A DNA stretch of 51,914 nt from Myxococcota bacterium (GTDB taxonomy: Bacteria > Myxococcota > JACRCW01). Positions 10,176 to 18,132 of the stretch are shown here, piece after piece; within the stretch, counting starts at the first letter, position 1, and every line of letters starts with the position of its first letter. The DNA is taken from the NCBI GenBank assembly GCA_040752415.1, contig JBFMGU010000044.1:1-51914 (forward strand), written 5' to 3'. The translations under genes were made by a program, and so were the position numbers. Below the pieces are notes generated by a model. That model did not search any database. It was not told the origin of the DNA and saw only the letters and a program-made list of their open reading frames with translations.

Positions 10176-10486
10176 CAGCGGTCAGTTCGGTAGGCGCGAG
10201 ATTTCTCCTCTGAGGCGCCGCGGAAGTGAACATACGTCCAGAGATCAGGGGACACGTCGGATACGCGACGACCGATCTCGTCCCGAATGCGGTTCAGCAC
10301 GGAGCGGGTTCTTGCCGTGGAGATCTTCTTCGCCACGGTGTCGTTCAGTATCACGTACACGTTGACGGCAGCCTGACCGTCAACATCAAGCTCAACTTCC
10401 GGCTTGATGGCCACGGTTGCGCTCCGAAGGTCTCCCGGCAAGGGCTCCTTCAGCTTCTTCTTGGCCTCGTCAGACAGGGCGTACAT
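10175..10486 (-). CDS. Small hypothetical protein coupled to the HEPN gene (putative antitoxin, MNT-like)
   Basis: ~103 aa; ELDVDG..VNVYVIL and terminal YVHF; TGATG stop/start overlap with the HEPN gene; visibly lower GC than the flanks. Confidence 0.65.
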   Translation of the reverse strand: MYALSDEAKKKLKEPLPGDLRSATVAIKPEVELDVDGQAAVNVYVILNDTVAKKISTARTRSVLNRIRDEIGRRVSDVSPDLWTYVHFRGASEEKSRAYRTDR

Positions 10487-10492
10487 GGGGTC

Positions 10493-10521
10493 ATGGTATC
10501 CGCCACAATGTCTCATGCCAA
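10493..10521 (-). promoter_or_regulatory. Putative sigma70 promoter giving a leaderless transcript
   Basis: On the minus strand TTGGCA-N17-TACCAT, then 6 nt to the ATG at 10486; no SD sequence. Confidence 0.5.
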
Positions 10522-10709
10522 CCAGGAGACACCGTTACCTTCCTGATTTCCCGGACGCCCCCGCGCAAACCTGCGCTCGGCGCGTCGCGTCCGTGCACTC
10601 GAACGCGCTGACGGACTGAACTCCCCGCGGAAGGGGAGCGTAGCGGAGGTGGTGCGGATATACTGGGCGGCCCGTCGGCGCGACCTCTCCGCCCGGTGGA
10701 AGGTTCCCC

Positions 10710-12761
10710 ATGCGCATCCCGTTCCGTGTCCTGTCCCTGACCGCCCTGGTTTCCGTCGCTGCGTGCACCGAGGGTGGCACTTCCACGGGCTCCACCAGCT
10801 CCAGCGGCGGGCCCACGCGCCCCCCGGTGTACCAGACCAGCGTGGGGCTCAAGGCCTGCGCCAACGCCACGCTCGAGGACGGCGTGCCGCTCCAGGAAGG
10901 ACAGCGCTGCTACACCTATCGCGCGCTGGGCGGAGTCAGCATGGGCGGCGGCAGCGCGGCGCGCATTGCCTTCCACTACCCGGAGCTGTTTGACGCCGTG
11001 GGCGTGATGGGAACGCCGTTCAGCGACTTCGATGCGTTCTGGAACATGATCAGCCAGAACCACATGGCGGGTTTCTGCTCGCGTGAGGAGCTGGAGGCCA
11101 TCCTCGCCGCCAACCCGAACAACCCGGAGGTGCTGGATGACCCGAACACGCCGGGCGTGTGGTGCGGCCGGTGGGGCAACCAGGTCGAGGAGAACCCGGC
11201 GTTGCCGGAGACGGCGTGCTGGCAGTTCGCCAGTGACTACAACCACTGGTACCGCGGTCCCGACGCGGGGCGTGGCGGCAGCTTCAAGCGCGCTTCGCTG
11301 ATGGAGATCATCCAGGACATTGCGTCCACGTACGGCAACGTTGCGTACTACAACCCGGAGAGCGAGTACCTCCCGCCGGGCGTGCCGCTGAGCTACCACG
11401 TCCCGCTGGACGCCACCAACGCCGAGCGCGACCAGATGCGCGCGGAGCTGTGCGCCAACCCGCTGCGGCTCACCGGTTTCAAGCACAAGGAGTACAACCC
11501 CGACGGCACCTACCCGGTCATCACCTACTGCGACTGTCACAACTGCGACGGGGACTACGTCCCGGGCCTCACCGAGCTGCCCACCGAGGTGCTGCTGGCG
11601 GTGGACTACAACGACAATGGTCGTCGCGACTACGCGGAGCCGGTGCTGTGGATGCCCAATGAGCGCTACCGCGACGTGGGCACGGATGGGAAAGCCGACG
11701 ACGAGGCGGGCGACGAGCTCACCGACGATTACCACTACCTGGACAACCCCGCGGGCCTGAGCGGCAACCACCGCTACGACGAGGGTGAGCCGTTTGACGA
11801 CGACGGCCTGGACGGCATCCCCAACACCGGCGACTACGGCGAGGGCGACGGCGAGTTCACCATGACCCCGGCGCTCAAGCGCGCGCTGGAGGACAGTCCC
11901 ACGCGCTGGTACCTGCGCATGTCCGACGCCATGGTGCAGCGCATGGACGTGTGGATGGACGCCGGCATCCGCGACTTCATCAACAGCGCGCAGATCACCA
12001 ACAACCTCTTTGGCGCCATCCGCATGCGCAACAACGCGGAGAACACGCGCTACTACAAGGACTTCAGCGGACTGGCGAACCTCCCGCCGGGCAACAACTA
12101 CGACTACCACGAGGTGGACTTCTCTCCGTCGTCACTGGGGAAGAACGCGTACCTCCTGTACGGCAACCCCGCCATCTGCCCCGGTCATGACTCCACGCTG
12201 GGCGACGGCAACCACGTGGGGCCGGCGGACCAGGTGATCAACCGGCTGCTGACGTTGTTCAAGTTTGTCGACGAGCGCATGCCGGGCGGCGACTGGGAGT
12301 ACATCAACTCGCCCAGCGCGGTGGATGACCATCCCGACGGCTTCGACGCGCACCTGAAGATGGAGACGTATCACTCGGAGGCGCTGGGTCGGGAGCAGGA
12401 GTACGGCATCGTGGTGCCGCCGGGGTACTACTACCCGGAGAACGCGGAGAAGCGTTATCCCGTGGTGTTCTTCCTGCACGGGCAGGGACAGAGCGCGCGC
12501 GACCTGCTGGCCAGTGGCTTCGTGTTCCTGGGCGCCATGCACCAGAGCTCACGCACGGACATCCTGGACCGCAGCGACCTGCAGAAGATGTTCCTCGTCT
12601 TCGCCGACGGGGAGTGCAAGCTGGGCGACTGCCACACCGGCAACTTCTACAGCAACTTCCAGGGCGTGAATGGCGACGGGAAGCAGTTCGAGCAGGCGTT
12701 CCTGGAGCTGATGCAGCACATCGACGCGAGCTACCGGACCAAGGCGCCCGAGGTGCACTGA
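10710..12761 (+). CDS. Lipoprotein with alpha/beta-hydrolase (esterase) motifs in permuted order and an acidic/Cys insertion
   Basis: VAAC lipobox; GVSMGG nucleophile elbow; MDAGIRD; GNHVG; C-terminal PPGY...RYPVVFFLHGQG...HIDASYRT. Confidence 0.8.
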   Translation: MRIPFRVLSLTALVSVAACTEGGTSTGSTSSSGGPTRPPVYQTSVGLKACANATLEDGVPLQEGQRCYTYRALGGVSMGGGSAARIAFHYPELFDAVGVMGTPFSDFDAFWNMISQNHMAGFCSREELEAILAANPNNPEVLDDPNTPGVWCGRWGNQVEENPALPETACWQFASDYNHWYRGPDAGRGGSFKRASLMEIIQDIASTYGNVAYYNPESEYLPPGVPLSYHVPLDATNAERDQMRAELCANPLRLTGFKHKEYNPDGTYPVITYCDCHNCDGDYVPGLTELPTEVLLAVDYNDNGRRDYAEPVLWMPNERYRDVGTDGKADDEAGDELTDDYHYLDNPAGLSGNHRYDEGEPFDDDGLDGIPNTGDYGEGDGEFTMTPALKRALEDSPTRWYLRMSDAMVQRMDVWMDAGIRDFINSAQITNNLFGAIRMRNNAENTRYYKDFSGLANLPPGNNYDYHEVDFSPSSLGKNAYLLYGNPAICPGHDSTLGDGNHVGPADQVINRLLTLFKFVDERMPGGDWEYINSPSAVDDHPDGFDAHLKMETYHSEALGREQEYGIVVPPGYYYPENAEKRYPVVFFLHGQGQSARDLLASGFVFLGAMHQSSRTDILDRSDLQKMFLVFADGECKLGDCHTGNFYSNFQGVNGDGKQFEQAFLELMQHIDASYRTKAPEVH

Positions 12762-12792
12762 AGGTCTGTCGGTTCATCCATGGAAGGAAGTG

Positions 12793-13084
12793 CCAAGCGC
12801 GTCACGAAGCGGGTAAGCGGAAGCAGTGGCGCCCTGGAGTGCGGTGCGAAGCGGGTCAAGCGGTCGACGACGTGAAGCACCGCCCTGGATCGGGCGTCCA
12901 CCGTCCAACCAGGTCACGCCATGGGGAGCGTCCGAGAACACGAGGCACCGGGGGACTGAACGACGTCCGCACCGTCGGGACGACCCGATCCAGGGCGGTG
13001 CTTCACGTCGTCGACCGCTTGACCCGCTTCGCACCGGACTCCAGGGCGCCGCTGCTTCAGCGCACCCGCGTCGTGACTGCGTTG
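12793..13084. repeat. Long-armed palindromic intergenic element, copy 1
   Basis: Arms 12793-12894 and 12984-13084 are inverted, with a perfect 53-bp core (12842-12894 / 12984-13036) and an ~89-bp spacer. Homologous to 33908-34225. Confidence 0.93.
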
Positions 13085-13212
13085 TGGGGGATACCCCGAA
13101 CACCGCTGGGGTCTTCGCCCCGTCGTCGTCGCGCTTCAACGCGCGCCATGGACGGCCCCGCTGGACAAGAGGGCCCCGGGACAACACCGACGTCGGTGCG
13201 GCCCCACGCCCG

Positions 13213-13542
13213 TCAGCCCGTGCTGCGGAGGAACAGGATTCCCAGCAGCAACGAAACCCCACCCACCAGCAAGCAGGCGCCGAAGGTGGGCATCCACTGG
13301 CTGAGCATCATCATCAGCCCGAACAGCAGGAACCCCGCCGCGCTGGCCAGGAACACCGTGGCCAACGCAAAGCCCAGCACCCGCCGCGCAATCCACCTGC
13401 CCACCTCCCCCACCGGCTCCTTCACCGTCTGGGTCAGCGTGGTGGTGAGGAACAGCTGGGTCCGCGCAATCAGCTCGTCCAGGCGCGGCGCCTCGCGCAC
13501 GGCCTCGCCGTTGCCGGAGTCGTTGGCCGGTTGCGCTTCCAT
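13213..13542 (-). CDS. Small 2-TM membrane protein (YqjE/phage-holin-like)
   Basis: 109 aa; two hydrophobic helices; abuts the DUF883-like gene. Confidence 0.65.
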   Translation of the reverse strand: MEAQPANDSGNGEAVREAPRLDELIARTQLFLTTTLTQTVKEPVGEVGRWIARRVLGFALATVFLASAAGFLLFGLMMMLSQWMPTFGACLLVGGVSLLLGILFLRSTG

Positions 13543-13812
13543 TCAGCGCCGCCGACGGAAGAGCGCGCTCATGATCTCATTGAAGACCACGCCCGCGGTG
13601 AACGCCGCACCAATGGCGACGAACGGCTTGTCCTTGGTGAACTTCTCCGTCTCGTCCACCATCTTCGTCAGCGCCACGCGCCAGTCCTGGATGAGGCTGG
13701 CCGCGCTCTCCTGGGTGGCCTGACTCAGCTGCTGCATCCGGCTCTCCCCGCCCGAGCTGCTCGTCCCCTCCGTGGTCGTGCTCCCAGCTCCACCCGTGTT
13801 CGTCGTGTCCAT
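13543..13812 (-). CDS. DUF883/ElaB/YqjD-like tail-anchored protein
   Basis: GGAGGAG RBS; C-terminal KDKPFVAIGAAFTAGVV...RRRR. Confidence 0.7.
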   Translation of the reverse strand: MDTTNTGGAGSTTTEGTSSSGGESRMQQLSQATQESAASLIQDWRVALTKMVDETEKFTKDKPFVAIGAAFTAGVVFNEIMSALFRRRR

Positions 13813-13872
13813 GTGCTCCTCCGTGTGCAACGCCCGGCACGCTAGGTTGTGGGATCTGCCGCCGCAAGGCGC

Positions 13873-14904
13873 TCAGTAGGCAACGCTCGTGCTCGTGTCG
13901 TCCGGTGCGGGCGCGGCGCTGCGGGGAGCGGCCCCCTCGTCGTCCAGGCGACGTCGCCACGGCAACCGGTCGGAACGCTCCCCCACCACCGACGGGGGCC
14001 ATTGCTCCTCGCCCGGTTCCCGCTCGCGGCTGGTGAACTGGTAGACCAGCGCCACCAGGCCCGGCCGCACCGCAAAGCCCAGCAGCGGCGCCAGCACGAA
14101 TCCCGCCGCCACCGTCACCACCGCCAGCAGCACGCCACCCGCGGTGAACGAGTAGCCCACCGCCTCGTCGGCCCACGGGAACGGGCCGGGAACCTGGATC
14201 TCCGAGCCGATGAAGTAGGTGGTGAGCGCGCTGTACGCCGCCACGGCGAAGAACCCCATTCCCAACAGGATGGGCGCAATCACCAGCGAGTAGGTGAGCG
14301 CACTCAGCGAGATGCTGCAGCAACCGACGCACGCCAGTCTCCCGCGTTGGGTCCCCAACCGGTCGCCAATCCACTGCAGCAGCGCGCCCGAAGCGCACCC
14401 CGACACCACTGCCGCCACCGGGATCAGGATAGCGCTCACCGTGAGGGGCAGCAGCACCCCCGGACCAAACGGCACCGCCAACGACATCACCCAGCTTGCC
14501 ACCACGCACCCGAGATAGGGCCCGAGATCCGCCGTGGCGTAGCTCAGCAATTGCAGCATCAACACCACCTGCCACGGCAGCCCCGGTCCCTTTCCCAGCC
14601 CCGTGGGCGTGAGCAGCTGGGGCGGCGGGGGCGGTCGCTGGATGGTGGTGGAGGGCGTGCCCGGCAGTACGGGGACGGGCGGGAGCGGCGGCGGTTCCTC
14701 GTCGGTGATCGTGGGTGGTGCCACCTCGGGCACGTCGGCGGGCGACGGGGAAGGCGCGGGAAGGGGTGGCGCGCTGCTGACCTCGGTCGTCGAGGTTGAC
14801 GCGGTTGCGGGCTCCGGAGATTGCGCGTGCACGGGTGCGCTGGCCAGGACCGCAACCAGGACCCACCACGCGTGTCCCCCCGACGATGCGCCGCATCCGG
14901 ACAT
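13873..14904 (-). CDS. Hypothetical membrane protein with signal peptide and Pro-rich linker
   Basis: 343 aa; AHA-like signal, Pro/Thr-rich segment, several TM helices. Confidence 0.7.
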   Translation of the reverse strand: MSGCGASSGGHAWWVLVAVLASAPVHAQSPEPATASTSTTEVSSAPPLPAPSPSPADVPEVAPPTITDEEPPPLPPVPVLPGTPSTTIQRPPPPPQLLTPTGLGKGPGLPWQVVLMLQLLSYATADLGPYLGCVVASWVMSLAVPFGPGVLLPLTVSAILIPVAAVVSGCASGALLQWIGDRLGTQRGRLACVGCCSISLSALTYSLVIAPILLGMGFFAVAAYSALTTYFIGSEIQVPGPFPWADEAVGYSFTAGGVLLAVVTVAAGFVLAPLLGFAVRPGLVALVYQFTSREREPGEEQWPPSVVGERSDRLPWRRRLDDEGAAPRSAAPAPDDTSTSVAY

Positions 14905-15003
14905 GCACGCGCCTCATACCGGAAAGCGGCGGGTGGTGGCACCAGCATCCAACCACAGCCAACGCGCCGCGCCGCGGAACGGGCCTGCTAGGGTCCCTCC
15001 GGC

Positions 15004-15939
15004 ATGGTCCTCCTGCGCTTCCGCGCCCGCGGCCAACTCCGGGAATCCGGCGTCACGCCCGAGCAGCTCGCGCTTTCCCGTCGGGAGCTGGTGGCCGGTC
15101 TGGCGGCGCTGGGGCTGGGCTGCACCACCTCCCGCCCCGTGGTCACCCCGACGACACCGCCACCGCCCACGCCCGTGCAGCGCGCTCCCTGCACCCTGGA
15201 CCGCCCCCTCACCGACGAGAAGCTCGCCGCCACCCACAACAACTTCTACGAGTTCTCCCCGGACAAGGGGCGCGTGTGGCAGCTGGCGCAGGGCCTCAGG
15301 ACCCACCCGTGGACCGTGGAGGTGGCGGGGCTGACGCACCGGGCGCGCGTCGTTGACGTCGAGGAATTGACCCGCGCGCTGGTGCTGGAGGAGCGCTGCT
15401 ACCGCTTCCGCTGCGTGGAGGCGTGGTCCATGGCGGTGCCGTGGGTGGGCGTGCCGCTGCGCAGCGTGCTGGAGCGCCTGCGGCCGCTGGCGAGCGCGCG
15501 CTACGTGCGGTTCCAGTCGTTCTACCGGCCCAGCGTGGCCAGCGGACAGAAGGGGCAGTTCTGGTACCCGTGGCCGTACTTCGAGGCGCTGCGACTGGAC
15601 GAGGCGTACCACCCGCTGGCGTTGTGGGCGGTGGGCATCTACGGGCACACGTTGCCGCCGCAGCACGGCGCGCCGGTGCGCGTGGTGGTGCCGTGGAAGT
15701 ACGGCTTCAAGAGCATCAAGAGCGTGGTGAAGGTGGAGTTCACCGTCGAGCAGCCGCGTACCTTCTGGAGCTCCGTGGCGCCCGCCGAGTACGACTTCTG
15801 GGCCAACGTGGACCCCACCGTGCCGCACCCGCGCTGGTCGCAGGCCACGGAGCGGATGCTGGGTGAGCGGGAGCGACGACCCACGCTGCCCTTCAATGGC
15901 TACGCGGATGAGGTGGCAAGCCTGTATGCTGCGCGCTGA
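15004..15939 (+). CDS. msrP: Protein-methionine-sulfoxide reductase catalytic subunit MsrP (YedY)
   Basis: Tat motif SRRELV; HNNFYEF, YRFRCVEAWSM, QHGAPVRVVVPWKYGFKSIKS, HPRWSQATER, FNGY. Confidence 0.93.
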   Translation: MVLLRFRARGQLRESGVTPEQLALSRRELVAGLAALGLGCTTSRPVVTPTTPPPPTPVQRAPCTLDRPLTDEKLAATHNNFYEFSPDKGRVWQLAQGLRTHPWTVEVAGLTHRARVVDVEELTRALVLEERCYRFRCVEAWSMAVPWVGVPLRSVLERLRPLASARYVRFQSFYRPSVASGQKGQFWYPWPYFEALRLDEAYHPLALWAVGIYGHTLPPQHGAPVRVVVPWKYGFKSIKSVVKVEFTVEQPRTFWSSVAPAEYDFWANVDPTVPHPRWSQATERMLGERERRPTLPFNGYADEVASLYAAR

Positions 15940-15950
15940 CGGGAGGGGCC

Positions 15951-17531
15951 GTGGCGGACACCCACCAGACCAAGCAGGCCGCGCGACCATTCGCCGACGG
16001 TTGCCCGCTTCCCGCGGAGGCACCCCTGCCGCTGGGCGCTCCCACGTCGGTGGGGCCCTACGAGCTGTGCGGCGTGCTGGGCAAGGGCGGGATGGGCCTG
16101 GTGTACCGCGCCATCCGCAAGGACGGCCGCGAGCCCGCCGAGGTGGCGCTCAAGGTCCTCAACACCCACCATGCCGGCGCCGACGTGCGGGAAGGCCTGG
16201 TGCGTTTCGAGCGCGAGGCGGAGGTGCTGAGCCGGCTGGATCATCCGGGCATCGTGAAGATCCTGGACCGCGGCGTCGACGCGAACACCTCCGGCATGCC
16301 GCTCACGTACTACGCCATGGAGTTCATCCGCGGGTGGACGTTGCATGAGCTGCTGGAGCAGCGCGGTCAGCTCCCGCCCAAGGAGGCCGTGCGCGCCACC
16401 CACGACGCGGCGCTGGCCCTGGCCGCGGCGCACCGCCAGTCGATCATCCACCGCGACATCAAGCCGTCCAACGTGTTCGTGACGCAGCAGGGGCGCGTGG
16501 TGGTGGCGGACTTTGGCGCGGCGCAGGTTCCCGACGCCACGCAGCTCACGCGCCAGGGCCAGGTGCTGGGCACGGTGGCGTTCGTCAGCCCGGAGCAGCT
16601 CAAGGGGGCGCGGGCGGATGCGCGCAGCGACGTGTTCTCGCTGGCCGCCATGCTGTGCACGCTGTGCACCGGGAAGCTGGTGCGCGACGGTCGCAAGGCC
16701 ATCCTCAACCTGCTGCTCAACATGGACGCGGAGGAGGACTTCTCCGACGTGGTGAAGGCCATCCCGGGCCTGCCCGGCGGCCTGGAGAAGGTTTTGCTCT
16801 CCGCGCTGAGCGGCAAGCCCGAGCTGCGCCCGCCCGACGGCGAAGCGCTGGCCAAGGCGCTCAAGCCGTTTGCGGGCGACGTGCCGGCGCCGCTGCCGCC
16901 CACGCCAACCCCCATGGTGGGTACGTCGGAGCTCCCGGCACCGCTGCCCTACGCCGCCGCCGGCAACACCGGGATGATCAGAGTCGCCGCGGGCGAGGAG
17001 CGCTCCGGCGGTCGTCAGGCTCCACCCACGGCGCCGCTCGAGGAGGAGCAGGGCGTTCCGCATCTCATCCAGACCACGGGGCAGGGCAAGGGGCGCGTGT
17101 TCGCGTTGGCGCAGGACAGCATGCTGGTGGGTCGGGCGCCGGACTGCGACCTGGTCCTGCCGGAGAGCTCGGTGAGCGCGCGGCATGCGCTCATCCGACG
17201 GGTGCGACACCACTTCGAGGTGGAGGACATCAAGAGCACCAACGGCATCTCCGTCAACGGCGTGGTTGCGCCGGAGGTGGTGCTTCGTCGGGGGGACCTG
17301 CTGATGGTGGGCCTGGTGGGCCTGCGTTACGTGGGCGCCAACGAGGACCTGCAGGCGGCCCGGGCACGCATCCTGGGCGTCAGCCCACCGGGCTCGTCAG
17401 AGCGGAAGCTGGCCGAGGGCGTGCGGGCGCGCCAGGCACGGGGCTACTCCGGCGTGGAGGTGGTGTGGATTGCCGCTGCCGCGCTGGCGGTGGGCGCCTG
17501 CCTGGGCCTGGTGGCCGGGCGGCTGTTCTGA
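15951..17531 (+). CDS. Ser/Thr protein kinase with FHA domain and C-terminal TM helix
   Basis: LGKGGMG, VALK, HRDIKPSN, DFG, SPE; FHA motifs GR...SARHA...STNG. Confidence 0.92.
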   Translation: MADTHQTKQAARPFADGCPLPAEAPLPLGAPTSVGPYELCGVLGKGGMGLVYRAIRKDGREPAEVALKVLNTHHAGADVREGLVRFEREAEVLSRLDHPGIVKILDRGVDANTSGMPLTYYAMEFIRGWTLHELLEQRGQLPPKEAVRATHDAALALAAAHRQSIIHRDIKPSNVFVTQQGRVVVADFGAAQVPDATQLTRQGQVLGTVAFVSPEQLKGARADARSDVFSLAAMLCTLCTGKLVRDGRKAILNLLLNMDAEEDFSDVVKAIPGLPGGLEKVLLSALSGKPELRPPDGEALAKALKPFAGDVPAPLPPTPTPMVGTSELPAPLPYAAAGNTGMIRVAAGEERSGGRQAPPTAPLEEEQGVPHLIQTTGQGKGRVFALAQDSMLVGRAPDCDLVLPESSVSARHALIRRVRHHFEVEDIKSTNGISVNGVVAPEVVLRRGDLLMVGLVGLRYVGANEDLQAARARILGVSPPGSSERKLAEGVRARQARGYSGVEVVWIAAAALAVGACLGLVAGRLF

Positions 17532-17537
17532 CGTCGG

Positions 17538-17576
17538 AAAAACAGAAGAGCCCGACACGCAGCGCATGCCGGGCTC
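17538..17576 (-). terminator. Rho-independent terminator after tRNA-Cys
   Basis: On the minus strand a GAGCCCG...CGGGCTC stem followed by TTCTGTTTTT. Confidence 0.75.
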
Positions 17577-17584
17577 AAGGTTTC

Positions 17585-17659
17585 TGGAGGCCAGGACCGG
17601 ATTCGAACCGGCGTGTGACGGTTTTGCAGACCGTTGCCTAACCACTTGGCTACCTGGCC
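17585..17659 (-). tRNA. tRNA-Cys(GCA)
   Basis: GGCCAGGTAGCCAAGTGGTTAGGCAACGGTCTGCAAAACCGTCACACGCCGGTTCGAATCCGGTCCTGGCCTCCA: cloverleaf, GCA anticodon, GTTCGAA T-loop, encoded CCA. Confidence 0.97.
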
Positions 17660-17706
17660 GTCTGCAGGGGCTGCAACATGCCGCCAGGGCCCCCGCGCGT
17701 CAAGTG

Positions 17707-18132
17707 TCATGGTCGCCGGCGTGGGCGGATCAACCAGAAGAAGCCCAGGGCCATGGCGCCGTCGGCGGTGGAGGGCCGGATGCAGCCGCACCCGCCCGCG
17801 GGCAGAGGCTCGGGCTCCTCCGGCGTGGGCTCACGGGTGCTGCCCGGGCCGGCGTCGGTGCCGCGGTACACGCACTGCGCGGCGCCCAGCCCCTCGGTGA
17901 GCTGGCAGGTGAAGCCGGTGCCATGCCGCGTGGGACAGTGCGTCTCCACCACGCGATCACCCACGCACTGCCGCAGCGTGTCGCCGCGACATTCCCCCAG
18001 CGCATCCACCGTGCCGCAGCCGGGCTCGCCCACGTCGGGGACGGCGGCGTCGCCGGGTGGACCCGCGTCCGCGTGCGCCACGACGGAAATCCCCCACACC
18101 GCCATCAATGCCACCGCACCCAGCCACTTCAT
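17707..18132 (-). CDS. Small secreted Cys-rich protein with MYXO-CTERM-like sorting tail
   Basis: Signal peptide ending AHA; six-Cys domain; GGCGC, hydrophobic stretch, RPRRRP at the C-terminus. Confidence 0.75.
   Translation of the reverse strand: MKWLGAVALMAVWGISVVAHADAGPPGDAAVPDVGEPGCGTVDALGECRGDTLRQCVGDRVVETHCPTRHGTGFTCQLTEGLGAAQCVYRGTDAGPGSTREPTPEEPEPLPAGGCGCIRPSTADGAMALGFFWLIRPRRRP

Noticed and set aside
10535..10543. TTACCTTCC 9-mer matching part of the 39-bp site, upstream of the TA-like pair
   Set aside because: Short single half-site with no dyad; compatible with chance.
12774..13262. ORFs across the hairpin elements (also 33771-34455) sharing peptide sequence
   Set aside because: The shared peptides arise from the DNA repeat and palindrome; frames are not conserved between copies.
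13213..13542. Holin indicating a prophage
   Set aside because: It is paired with a DUF883-like gene as in yqjDE-type loci; no lysin or phage genes are present.
17585..17659. tRNA-Cys as an island integration site
   Set aside because: No integrase and no duplicated tRNA 3' end were seen in the window.
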